This document shows positions 22,451 to 34,103 of a stretch of 64,000 nt of DNA, one piece after another. Origin of the DNA: Podospora anserina (Eukaryota); the NCBI GenBank assembly GCA_017654855.1, contig CM030338.1, forward strand, positions 806,001 to 870,000, given 5' to 3'. The position numbers and the translations under genes are program-made. The notes below the pieces were generated by a model. It made no database searches and was not told where the DNA came from. It worked only from the letters and a program-made list of their open reading frames with translations. Within the stretch, counting starts at the first letter, position 1; every line of letters starts with the position of its first letter.

Positions 22451-24692
22451 TTACTTCCTCACCTTTGGCCTCGACAAAGCCTGCAACCGACTAAGACTAA
22501 TCCCACCCCCCGTAGTCTTCTTCTTCATCGGGCTCGGCGTCCCGGGCGCGCGACCAGGCAAAGCCGCCATCTTCCTAGGACTAGCACTTTGCATCCCCGT
22601 CTTCTTCGCGCTCGCGGCAACCAGCCTCGGAGCAAGCAACGCATCCCCCTCGGGAACATGCTTCCTCTTCTTGGCCGCCCTATCCGCCGCCTCTCGCTCC
22701 GCTTCTTCCTCCTCCTCATCCGACGTAACCCGATGTCGCTTCTTGTTCGTCATGCCATGAGGCAGAGCGACAAACACCGTGCGCGGGGCTTCATTCTCCT
22801 TGTTTGAAACCGTCGTCGACGATGAAGTGCGGGGGAAGCTGCCGGGCATGTTCTCCGTGGGCAGAATAGATGGGCGGACGGGGCGGATGCTAGCTTGCCC
22901 GGGGGAGGAGCCGAATGAAGAGGATGGACCGCCGAAGCTGATGGTGTGGTCGCCTCGGAAGGAGAATGTGCCTGGGACGGATGGCTCGGCGGAGGGGGCC
23001 TTGGTTTCGGTGGGCACGTCTGGGAGGGGGCGGACGGTGGAGAGGTCGGGGTAAGACACATCCTCGGCGCTCTGCTCAGCCAGGACGCCGTCCAACGATG
23101 GGTAGTGGACCTCTCCAAGTGGCTGCCTGACAGCGGGAATGGGGACGCCAGACTTGACCGGCGATGGAGAGTTCTGAGCCATCGCAGCATGTTGAGTGTC
23201 GGGGGTGAAAGCCACACGAGTGAGCTTGCGGGCAGGGGTGGTCATGGGGACTGGAGGAAGCTCCTTTTCCAGACGAGGAGGGGCTGGTGTCTTGGAACCA
23301 AGAGCAGAGGGCATCGGAATAGTGCTTTTAGGCTTCGCAGTACTGGCCTGGGGGCGGCGGAAAAGAGACTTGACCTGCTCGAAGCGGCTCTTGGGGGTCT
23401 TGACCTCGACGGCCACCTCGGGACTCTTGGGCTCGGCTGTCGAAACAGCTGCCTTGGGGCTCTTGAGATCATCAGTGGTAAAAAGCACTGCCTTTGAGCT
23501 TTTGACCTCAACCGTCTTCGTCGTCTCCTCCTCAACGGCCGCAATGTTGCTCGTCGTGGCAGACTTGATGAGACCGCCCAGCGCAGGCTTGGAGGGTGAC
23601 CGCAGAAGCGAGCCACGTACAGGGGTCTTGGCAATGGTGCTGCACGATCGAGCAAGCGAAGATTTGGTTGGGGTCATCAACGATGCAAGATTAGATTTGG
23701 ACCGAGGTAGGGCCATGTTAGAAGACGACTTAGGCATCGGAATTGCGCTCGCATCTCGTGAAATTGGACGCTTCGTCGTGGCATCGTCCTCGATATGCTG
23801 ACGAGCACGCTTGATAGGAGACTCGACCTCCTCAACACGCTGATTGGCCTTGAGAATCGTCGAGACTGGAGTGGACTGCTTAGAACGAGCATGCTCGGGT
23901 TCGTCGAGATTGGCCTTGGATTGGCTGCGCTTGACGCCTTGTTTGAGTGGTGTAATGCGGCTCGACTGGGCTCTGAAGGCTGAGGGATGGTTCGCGATCG
24001 AGTCCATTTTCTTGAACTCGTTCATATGGGCTGAGCTGAAACGGCCGGCCTTGCCTTTGGCAGTAGCAATTTTGCGATTGTTAATCTGCTCTTCTTCGGC
24101 CTTCTCTGCCTCGCGCTGGGCGGCCAACTCGACTTTGATTTTGGCGGCCTGATCGCGGATTTGGTCCATCATGCGCTGAGCCTCAGGCCCGAGTTTCATA
24201 TCTAAGTGACCGGGTTGTCTGAATGTAAAAGAGGAAGATGGGACTGCAATCTTGGTGGGTGTAGATTGAATGGCGCCGGGAAGTGCATCGCTGCGAGAAG
24301 AAGTGGGCTTGACAATGTCGGTGAAGCCTAGACGCAGACCGGACGAAGGTGGCGCCATGGTCGGATGGTATTTGGCAGGATGCATTTCTGTGGCAGGAGG
24401 TTTAATGCGAGAAACCTTGCCAGCTGGTGTCGCGGGCAGCTTGGTAGGAGTTGGGGCGGGAGCTGGGGCTGGGGACGCAACGACAGCATCAATGTTTTGA
24501 ACCGCGGCACTCTCGGCGGGAGTGTCATCTCGCTCGGCGACGGCAGCTAGGACTGGTTCCTCATGGGACGGCTTCATCGCCTGAAGTTGCGAAGCACGGG
24601 TTAGCGGCATTGTCGTCGAATTTTGGCATGTTTGTCTTTGTTTGTTTACTTACCCTTTGGGCGCTCGCCAGGCGCGCTGAACGGCGGGCCAT
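22451..24692 (-). CDS. Conserved fungal basic, Ser/Thr/Pro-rich protein with a NuSAP-like motif
   Basis: Exon 1 (24692-24654, MARRSARLASAQR), a 73-nt intron (24653-24581, GTAAGT...GCTAAC...CAG), then the long ORF. It contains KGKAGRFSSAHMNEFKKMDSIANHPSAFRA and many S/T-P-x-K sites. Confidence 0.82.
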
Positions 24693-25792
24693 GATGTCGG
24701 AAGTTCGCTGCGATGGCGGTGCAATGCAGGGGAAATGCGGTCGAAGAAACAGCTATTCTGACAATTTGTCGGTGTTGGAATGTTGGTGGAGAGATGGAAA
24801 TGATGTCAGGTTGAAGACGCGACAAGGGAAGAGGTGCGACTGTGCCAGCGATGTCTGGTGGGGTGATAATTTTGATTCGCTGGCAGGCCGTTGAAGTAAA
24901 CAAACCCTTTGATTTTGTGGGCCCGTGTCACCGGCGTGAGGTGAGTTCGTGGCACAGACCAACTGCTCCCGACTCCCGACAGTTTGGCACTCGATCAGAC
25001 TTCCTAAACTCGACGCATACTCGGCTGCACACGAACACTATCGATACTCAACTTAACTCTCCTGAAGCTCAACGACAGTCTATGGCCCCACAGCTACCAC
25101 CGAAGCCGGCAGTAATCATCGCCTTGCTACTCGAGAAGCAAACAATTTGATTATTCCCCTCAGAGCTTACCCTCCGGCCGGCGCTCCCAAGCCCAGGACA
25201 GAGCCAAGTGCCAGAGTCGATATATCCCTCCGCAGCGAGATATCTCGGCCAGAGGTAATATCCAGCTGGTCAAACAACACATCCTTCTCTCGAAGAACCT
25301 ATATACTGTGGTCTTGAGCATTCCGTTTTTCACCGTCTCGAACCCTCACCATGCCCACAGGCCCTCTCAAAAGACACTTTCACCGTTGACGGCACCGTTT
25401 GGAAGCTGATACAAGATGTGGTTCCCCAACTGCGGGTATCTTCACCATCGGATCTGGGACCTGCATGGAAGCCCTGATTGATCTTCTTTTCGTCGACGTG
25501 CAGACGATAGCTGCGAGAAATATATGTGGTTGAAACACCACTAACCCCCACGGCCAAAGAATCGATACTGATGAGCGCAAATTTATCGATCAGCTGCGCC
25601 ATGATTGGAGCTCGACGTCTTGGAACTGCTGGGCGACTGCATCATCACCGGCACCTGTCAGATCGAATTTCCCAGGATACCGAGTTGAGAAAATGCCGCA
25701 CCCAGGAAATTGCATCAATCTGGTGCCCCAGACGAGGCTCGAGACGGGGTACGCGACGTTGAAGTCGTCGATATCAGAGGCGGACGAGCGGG

Positions 25793-26151
25793 GTGTTGTC
25801 TAGGGAGGTCTAATTAGCAGCGGGGGGCGTGGGCTCGACAGGGTGTATGCAAAAGGACGCTTGCCCGCCAAAAACTGCCACCACCACCAACTTTTTTTTC
25901 CAGAATACAGAATAACCCGAAGCCCTAACCATAAACCGAATCTAACCACTAACACTAAACATAACCCGTACCCTAACTACTAACTCTAACTCTAACCATC
26001 GCTCGCAAGCTCGCGATTTGGAAGGCAGAAAATGGCAGCTTGTTGTCGAGCGCGCGTGCGCCAGTGGTGGAGTGATGGCCCGTGCCAGGCCTGTTGGGCG
26101 TGAGCGTAGTCAATAACCCCCTCCCAGTAATTAGACCTCACTAGAAAACAC
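25793..26151. mobile_element. MITE-like non-autonomous DNA transposon (Mutator-type signature) with internal telomere-like repeats
   Basis: Terminal inverted repeats GTGTTGTCTAGGGAGGTCTAATTA (25793-25816) and TAATTAGACCTCACTAGAAAACAC (26128-26151) are 22/24 complementary. Flanking direct repeats are GACGAGCGG(G) (25783-25792) and GACGAGGGG (26152-26160). No coding capacity. Confidence 0.72.
25912..25997 (+). repeat. Degenerate interstitial telomere-like (CCCTAA)n array, about 14 units
   Basis: ATAACC CGAAG CCCTAA CCATAA ACCGAA TCTAA CCACTAA CACTAA ACATAA CCCGTA CCCTAA CTACTAA CTCTAA CTCTAA CC. Confidence 0.8.
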
Positions 26152-29100
26152 GACGAGGGGTGGTGAACTGGTTGTGGCTGACCCCCACCACCACTGCTCT
26201 CCGGTACTGGTGGCGCCACAAGACGCTAGAAACATTCCAGAAGGCGTAGAAGTTGCTTCTCAGTCACATTGCCCGATGCGGTCGACAAGTCCAGACCAAT
26301 GAGCTTCTCATCCCGCCATCCCATGCGAAGCCTCGATGAAGAATGTCCGGCATCTGCATGTCGACCATCTGGTGATTCATGAAAGAAGAAATTCTCGCTC
26401 TTCACCACCCCTCTAACCGGCCTTCTGGGCGTTCGGTCTCTCTGCCAGCAAGACGAGTATCGGACCAGGGACGAACACTGGTACAACTCTGTTGAACCTG
26501 TACAGGCGGTATCGGTCTCAAGATGGAAGTGCGGACTTACAGAATCTCTCGCGATACTCAGGGTTGAGAGTCCTCAGTCCACTCACTGTATGGCTGCCCT
26601 CGTATAGGCCTCCGTGAAGCGGATCCTTCCGTGCAAGTTGATGTCATGGGAGGTGAACCTCACCACCAAGAACACCTCATCGGCCGGTGAGCCAAGGATC
26701 GATGAGCTCCTCGGAGATGCACAAAACTCGATGCCTTGGGCGTTGATCCAGCGCCAACAACCCCGCCCCGCATGTCTGGGCACTCGATGGACTCGGGTAA
26801 TCACCCCCCCTGTTGCTAGCTACTTTGAGCTTGTTTAGACGAGGCTTGTCGAAAGACAAGTTGACGACCCCAAAAAAAGCCAAGTCGAATGGTGCAACTT
26901 TGCAAGAGAATCATCGCGGCACTGCTCAGCTGTGATCAAAGACAAAACATCTCGGTTTTGGGGGATCACAATTTCTCATCTCAAGCAGAAGCATTCGGGC
27001 AAGAGGTGTCGTCGGAGGATGCCGTCTCTTAACTCTCGGCGGTCGCCAGCTTTCCCGTCCAGGCCGTGCGTTGCGGAGCGGCGGCGGAGGCGTGAGGAGT
27101 TCAGGGATGGCTGCCAGGGGTGGCTGGGGGCCAAAGTGGAGGGCGCGGCGGGTGCATCACTCTGAAAAAGGCTTTCTTTTTCCAGTGGTTGAAGGAAACG
27201 TCACTGGAACGTCGACCAAACGCAACCGCAAACGCTGAAGCTCCCACTGCTCCCCGAACACCGAGAACAGAATCTCGAAAGCCTTCTGGTTGGATGACTG
27301 CCGACATTTTAATCTATCGATCTCACAGCGCCTGAGCATACTTGAGCTGCCCCTCCAGTCTATTGGAAGCACAAGCCGTCACCAAATATGCTCACGAGCC
27401 GCAAAAGTTTTCGTGGCCTCATTGTCAACACCCAATAGGTGGTCTTGCAGCACCCGGCAAGCTGTTCAGCAACCCTCGCCAATGCCAATCTTGGAAACGT
27501 CCCATTTCCATATACAACATTGGTCTTAAATGGTCTTTCAAGTTCTTTTCTTTTCCTTCTTGCTAATCCTCAAAAAAAGTCTTCAAGATCGACGCTGGTA
27601 GGACTCTTTTCCACCGAAGTCCTTCGTCAATAGTGGTACGCGGGAGGTGTGTACCCCCCAGCGCTTGGGTTCCAGGCGGGAGGAACAGGTGGGTTGTGAA
27701 CAGCGGGCTGTCTCGCTGGCTCAGGTGACTATAAAATTCTGGCGTTCTTGGTGTCTTGGCGAGGCGTCGTCAAGGAATCTGCCCCGCAGTTTAAACCCAG
27801 CCAATGTTGTTCCTGAACGCTGAACGACAGGCTGAGCATGTACCTGACAACCACCCCCAGAACAAGCCCAGTGCAACAGCAGTGGACGAAATCTCTGAAA
27901 TGCCTCCACTTCCAGCCCCTCTCCACCATCGACAAGGAACACCGATGTCGGTGGCACAAAAGACTTGAAGTGGTGATGGCCTGCTGGGCAAAGCGCCTCT
28001 GGAAGGCACGGCATCCTCAGAACGCTGCCCTTTCTCGTGGTGAAGAGTGGTGGCATGTAACTGCAGCGTGACTATAAACCCGCATATGGCAGCTCGTGAG
28101 TTGTTCGAGACTCGTCAAGATCACGCTTCATGGCAGGGTTTCTAGCCCATCTCCTCCTCTTCACGGATTTCGGCGGCTCAAAGCTGTTGTGCTGGAGAGG
28201 AATAACTCGTACAAATACCAGCATGTCCCTATGATGTGAAGGTTGTGCCTGACACTCCTCTATTCACATGACAACACCATCATTGATCCAGATTATTTGA
28301 TCCAGCCAAGGCCTGATATTCATCCCTCGACTTGACTACAATCTTGGCTTCAGTCTCAACCCACTCTGAGAAGTCTCCCCGGGCCCTCGCCAAGGCTGGC
28401 GATAGATCTCGGGCGGGCAATGAGACCGAACGGGCGAGGAGGCGAGTGGAATTGGTAAGCGGTAGGACTTTTGGGAGTCATTCAGTCATTCCAGAGTTTC
28501 CAAAAGGCAAAAGAGAGGGCAAAACGCTGAAGAGAAACGCTGGTAAACGCTGAAAACTCGAAACTCTGAGAAAGGGGGGAACTTTGACCTGTTATTGCCC
28601 GGTTGACCAGGTGCATGCAGGACCGCTGTGAGGGGAAAAGCCATGTTCCGTCGCAGACTAACGAACGATGGTGGTCGCTGACAGAAAGGGTCGCCTGTCA
28701 AATCTCAGATGACAGCTGGCGGACAGTGGTCCGAGCACCCTGTAAGGGTTCTGAAATGAGAGCCAGCTCTTTCTGTCACTTGCTGCGCAACAGGTTGCGT
28801 TCCAACAGAGCAGGGAGTCAAGTGACTTGTGGCCGAAGTACCTGGTTTTCATTAGTCACTTATAACAGGGTGTGCCACCCAGCCGGAAGAGAGTTCAGAG
28901 CAGAACGAACAACCCTCCTCTCTCTCAACTCAAGCTCACAGTTGAGCCTCTGACGACAATTGAACAAGACTGATTGAATCGACTGTTTATCCAAGACAGC
29001 CAGCCAACCAGGAACCATCCTCCAAGGGCTCAAAACAAGAGACCGGGACATCGCCTCCATTGCTTTAGGGGCAACCCCTCTTACAACCTCTTAAACAGCT

Positions 29101-30504
29101 CTGAACCAAGAGATCCCAAGAGCTCCCAAAGCAGTCCATCCCGGCTTTGTTCCTCGTGGCATCGTCTGCTACTTAGCCGCCATCTCTCCAGGGCCCAGAA
29201 GCTTGTCTGTCGATTGTCTTCACCGCACCCACCGGGCCGGGAACCTAGCAACTCTTGTTGAGACTTCACTTGTCCCCCAACGAATAGGATCCTGTCTTTG
29301 AGATCCCATCAAGGCCCACGGGGACAACTCCCATCTCCATACATCATCAGAAAGCCCAACGACAGCCAGCTCATCCTTCTCCAACAAGTTCAAGTTCCGT
29401 CCCGAGGCTCCAGCTGCAGGTCGACCAAATCGGTGTCTTCTTCTGTTGACGTTTCCAAGGCTTGAGTCTTGAGCGGATTCAGAGTGGATACTGGACGGCC
29501 CATCGGCTGATCGAGCAAGTTCCGTTGTGCGAAGAGGGGTGTGAAGCGAGCGAGGAGCCGGAAGTCGGACAACAACCTGGAAAGACACCAAAAAAGAATA
29601 AAAGCTGGTGCCAGTGCCAGCACACCCGACAACCAGCACGGCCGAGAAACAAAACACTAGTTGTCAAGAATTCGGAGCCAGATCAGGATCAGGAACAAAT
29701 CGCAAAACGCAGGCGTCAGCGTGTGAGTGACGGCAGCCAATCTAGTCACGGCGTGGTCTTGGTCCAACGACAGAAACGCAGCGTGACCTGGTTCAACCCA
29801 GAACGGAGGTCGGGGCTGGGTGGAAGCACCTGGCTATTTGTCTCCGTGCAGGCCCAGAGTCCTAGCGGCGGTCTGCGGACCCCTCCCACCACCACCGGCA
29901 TTAACATTACATAAAACCCTCCATTCTGCTCTTTTCTTGACACATACCCAACCTGTCAACGACCTTCTGCTTATCTCTGACCCTCCCGGAATCTCCCTCG
30001 ACAATCTTGGTTTTGACACACGAAAATCTGGGGAATCCAACACCTCACTCAGCCTTACCTTATCGCTGGGACAGATACCACCGATACCAGATCCCCCCCG
30101 TTGAAACGAACGAACAACACCCGGTCCCAACCTGCCGGATCCCGCAAACCGTTTATTCCAGATGACGCACTGATTGGCGCCCTTCCCCGGCTTTTGTCGA
30201 ACTGTCACTGCTGTCATCCCACCACCAAAAAGTCCAACAGAGTTTAGGTGTGCATCGCCTGGCATTCCCGCTGCAGCATAGCGCCCTACTGCTACTGCTT
30301 CGCCCCCGCCCAAAATCAGGTACATACTACCTCTTTATCATCTGTCTGATATCTCCTGCCTCGTCGAGATACCTTGGCCGACGCCTACCGAGCTGTCAGT
30401 GCGGCACGGCACCACCCCTATCGACGACAAGCTTTTTGGAGAAGAGCCAAGTAAGGTCTAACGCCTCTGTTATCTGCCTTAGCCACGAACCGGACAGCAA
30501 GGAT

Positions 30505-31905
30505 ATGTCCGATAAGATGTCTGTCGACAAGAAAGATCCACCCAAAAACGACCACAGTGAAGTAGAGTCCATGGCGTCCAGCCCGGAAGGAGAGGCGCCT
30601 CCAAACAACGCCCCGGCCCAAGCCGAGAACCAGCAGCCCAAGCGAAAAGGGGGTCGCAAACCTGTACGTACTCTTTTGTGCCCACATCGCCATGTGCTGT
30701 GGGTCACGTCTGATCTCATGACAAACGTGTACTAACCAGCAAAGTAGATCTATGCGACATCTGAGGAGAGAAAGCAGAGGAACCGTCAGGCCCAGGCTGC
30801 TTTTCGTGAGCGCAGAACCGAGTACATCAAGCAGCTCGAGGAGGCCATCCGCACCCATGAGCAAAACCTGGCTAACCTCCAGGCTGCCCATCGCCATGCT
30901 GCCGACGAGTGCCTGATGTTGCGCTACAAGAACTCGCTTCTTGAGCGGATTCTGCTGGAAAAGGGTATTGACGTGCAAGCGGAGCTGCGTGCTAAAACTG
31001 GCAGTCCGAATCTTGGGCCGACTCACATGCCCCAGAACCTGGTTCAGCCGCCTCCGATCCAACGTGCTATCCTGAACCGCCACCATGCTCGCCGGTCCAA
31101 CTCCAGCATCGCCCCGAAACTGGAGCCGGGAGCCATCTCGCCGCTGCCTCCTCCGGTTCACTCTCACGTCTCGGCACTGTCGCCCAAGAGTCGACACACG
31201 CCCTCGTCCCACTCGGCCTCGCCCACGGCGACAACCTCGTTCGGGTCTCAGCATGCTGCCTCACCAGCAACCTCTGACCACATGAACGGCTCTGTTCGGC
31301 CCTCGATGGCGCCAGTCAATGGTATGAAGGCACCTCCGCCTCCTCATCTGGCCCCGATTCATGGTTTGCCAGGACCTCGCCAAATGCAAATACCCGGAAT
31401 CCATCAGCCCACGAACCATGCGAGACAGAATGTGACGCAGAGTCCCGCCGCTTTCTACCCTACGCCATCGTTCCAGAATCATATTGAGCAGCTCGGCAAG
31501 TTGTCCCATCTCTTTTCTTTGTCCCCTCTTCGTCCTATAGAACTCTGTCGTCCTAGGTTTTAATATTTGAATACAGAACAGGAATATGATGCTGCAGCCG
31601 ACATGATGGATGAAGGTCAGGAGGGTCCTGACACGCCCAACGGCGGCCCTGGACCCTACCCTGGTCAGCCCTACACTGGTGAGCCACAGCCCATGTCGCT
31701 ATCATCGCCAGTCACGACGGGCCCCCCTGGGACCCAGGTCATTGCCGGCCAGTCGCCGATCGACAGCCCTGCTCACACCCAGCAGTCGGCATATCCATCG
31801 ATGACGCAGCTGCTCGACCCTGGTTATGACTTTGATCCCTTCGGACTCAGTGCCAGCATGGCTTTCCCCACTCAGTTTTCGTTTGACACCAGCAACATGC
31901 GGTAG
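30505..31905 (+). CDS. bZIP transcription factor (fungal AP-1-like class)
   Basis: The spliced basic region reads KRKGGRKP|IYATSEERKQRNRQAQAAFRERRTEYIKQLEE, followed by a zipper (intron 30664-30747). A second intron with a GC donor (31496-31576) restores HIEQLEQEYD. The protein ends DPFGLSASMAFPTQFSFDTSNMR. Confidence 0.9.
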
Positions 31906-34103
31906 TCGCGGACTCCTCAGGTGACAGTGGTACGTTGGAGAGAGTTCACAGGTCATGGCTCAGCCCATGCCTCAAGACTCCGCTCTGGCGGTGTTCTCCT
32001 GTGGAGGGCCAAGCTATCGCTGAGGAGGTATTTTTTTATGGCTAAAGTCGGTCAGAGAAGGAAAAAGAAGGAGAGATGGAAACTTTCAGATGGTTCGGAC
32101 CAGTTCACATCGGCACAGGCCCAACAAGAGGCTATTACGGCAAAGCGCGTTTTTTACGATACCCCGGAATCATTGCATTGAACAGCGGAACGACATTTTT
32201 CGAGACACCAGCCATTCATCCCGGTTCAGGAACACGATATCTGAGCCGCCGAATGACCGACGACGTGTTTGTTTTCTTTTCGGATTTTCTCATTATTGTT
32301 TCAAAAAGTATTACTGCCGGTTCTGGGTGCATTCGGTTTCAGAAAATCACACATCAACATCATACTCGCATATTTCGGAGAAAAAAAATAACTATACCCA
32401 GGACGGCGGGCGGCACCATTTGTTTTTATCAGCACATCTGTTCGGCGTCGAATTCTTGAGGACGCCTGAATCTCTTTTTTCTGGTTCATGAAAAAAAAAA
32501 GTTTTGCTCTTTACGAGGTGCATATAGGAAGGGATATTGGTACAGATTAGGATATACGACATACGACATGGACGACATAACAGCTACTTAATGGGTCCGC
32601 GGCTTATTACGACAGTCGCGGTAGGAAGAAGGATTGGGTGGTGGTCCGCGCGAGGAGAGGGAAGCATAGGCTTGGGCTGCTCGTGAGGGAGCTTTCGGGG
32701 TGTGTCATACTCGTATGGCATATGTCGGGATTATCTTTCATAGTTGCCTCGAATCTGTGGCCCTTTTCACGGAGGGAAAGTATGGCTTGGGGATGAAGGC
32801 CCCGTGTCGTCCGTCGGTCCGTTTTTTTACAATTCACCTCACTCAACCCCTCTTCAGCATTTTCCTCTTGGCCATGTTTCTTATTCCATGTGTCATGTTG
32901 CTTCATGTGTGATGGTTTTTGGTTTCCACTCTTCTCTGTTTCTTGTTTCAGGTGTGACCTTTCTGATCACAAAAGCGAGTGTTTGTTCTTGATGGACTTT
33001 TACAAGCAAGCAGAACATAAGGGTCAAAAGTTCAGAGGGAGGCTGCCACACATCTTATGTATTTTACAAACTTCTTCTCTCTTGCCGCCGGATGGATGAC
33101 ACGGGGTTGGAGGTAGGTCCCTCAACTCTCCTCGTTTTGAATCCGTTTCATTCCTATCCCACCCACTTGGGCTCTTTAGTAAAGGGTGCAGGCTGGGTAC
33201 ATAGCCAGAGTAAGATATATAATGATGAAAAGAAGTTAGCACAAGTTTTGTCAGGACTCAATGCTTGAGTCTGTTGTTGATCTCAGACATGTCTTGTTAC
33301 AGAGAGTATTTATTCACTCAGGTACGAAGCTGAAGGCAACTAAGAACGCGGTATGTCTATGAGAAAGCTTCTAGCTGCAGTAGTATTGAGCTCATGCCAC
33401 CAGACCAGTGGCTGGAGACGGGAAGTCAAACTCAAAATCTGCAACGGAACTATTACAACGAGATCGAAGCTCAACGCCACAAGCCACCAGACTGGAGCAG
33501 AGCAGTGTTTGGGCGGACATGTTTCTTTATGCGAACGGGGCGTTCCCTTTGTGATGATTTCCTGCGGGGATCACAACGGTTGCAGCGAGCAGCCAGCACC
33601 CGGCGGCAGCAACAGAAAGCAGCGCTGCCCTGCCCGGGCGCTGGGCGCGCAGTCTGCTGCAGAGCAAAGGCCAGGAAAAAGGAGCGGAACGGGAAGCCCT
33701 AACCGCAATAAACGAAAAGCGCACTGAATTTTCCAAAAAGGAAAAACACTCAGAGTGTGCGGCGGGCCACCCGGCGGTCCGTGCGGCAGCTCCCCCTCCT
33801 CCCTGGTGGGCATTTGGTGGGCTTTTGAGCACCAAAATCTTTCACCAGCCCGACAGCCCACCTACCCACCACCCCCAGTTGTTTTTGTAACGAAACGACG
33901 GGTCCCATTTGCCGTGGAAAAGCACCGCAACAATCCGGCGCAGTTGAAAACAGGGCATGTCCTGCTAGGCGCTTGCCTCTCTACTACACCTCCGAGGAAT
34001 TTTTCTCACCACCAAACCTCTGCCCCCTCTTCCTCCGCTACGGAGCCTTTTGGTCGGACCATATCACAACGCCTTGAGTAGGCGATAAAACCTCGGCGGC
34101 AAG

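Noticed and set aside
25912-25997. Telomerase RNA template or true chromosome end
   Set aside because: A template would be about 1.5 perfect repeats. This array is degenerate, internal and enclosed by inverted repeats.
33222-33333. ATGATGA...CTGA pair resembling a C/D snoRNA
   Set aside because: No recognisable rRNA-complementary guide, no internal C'/D' boxes and no intron context.
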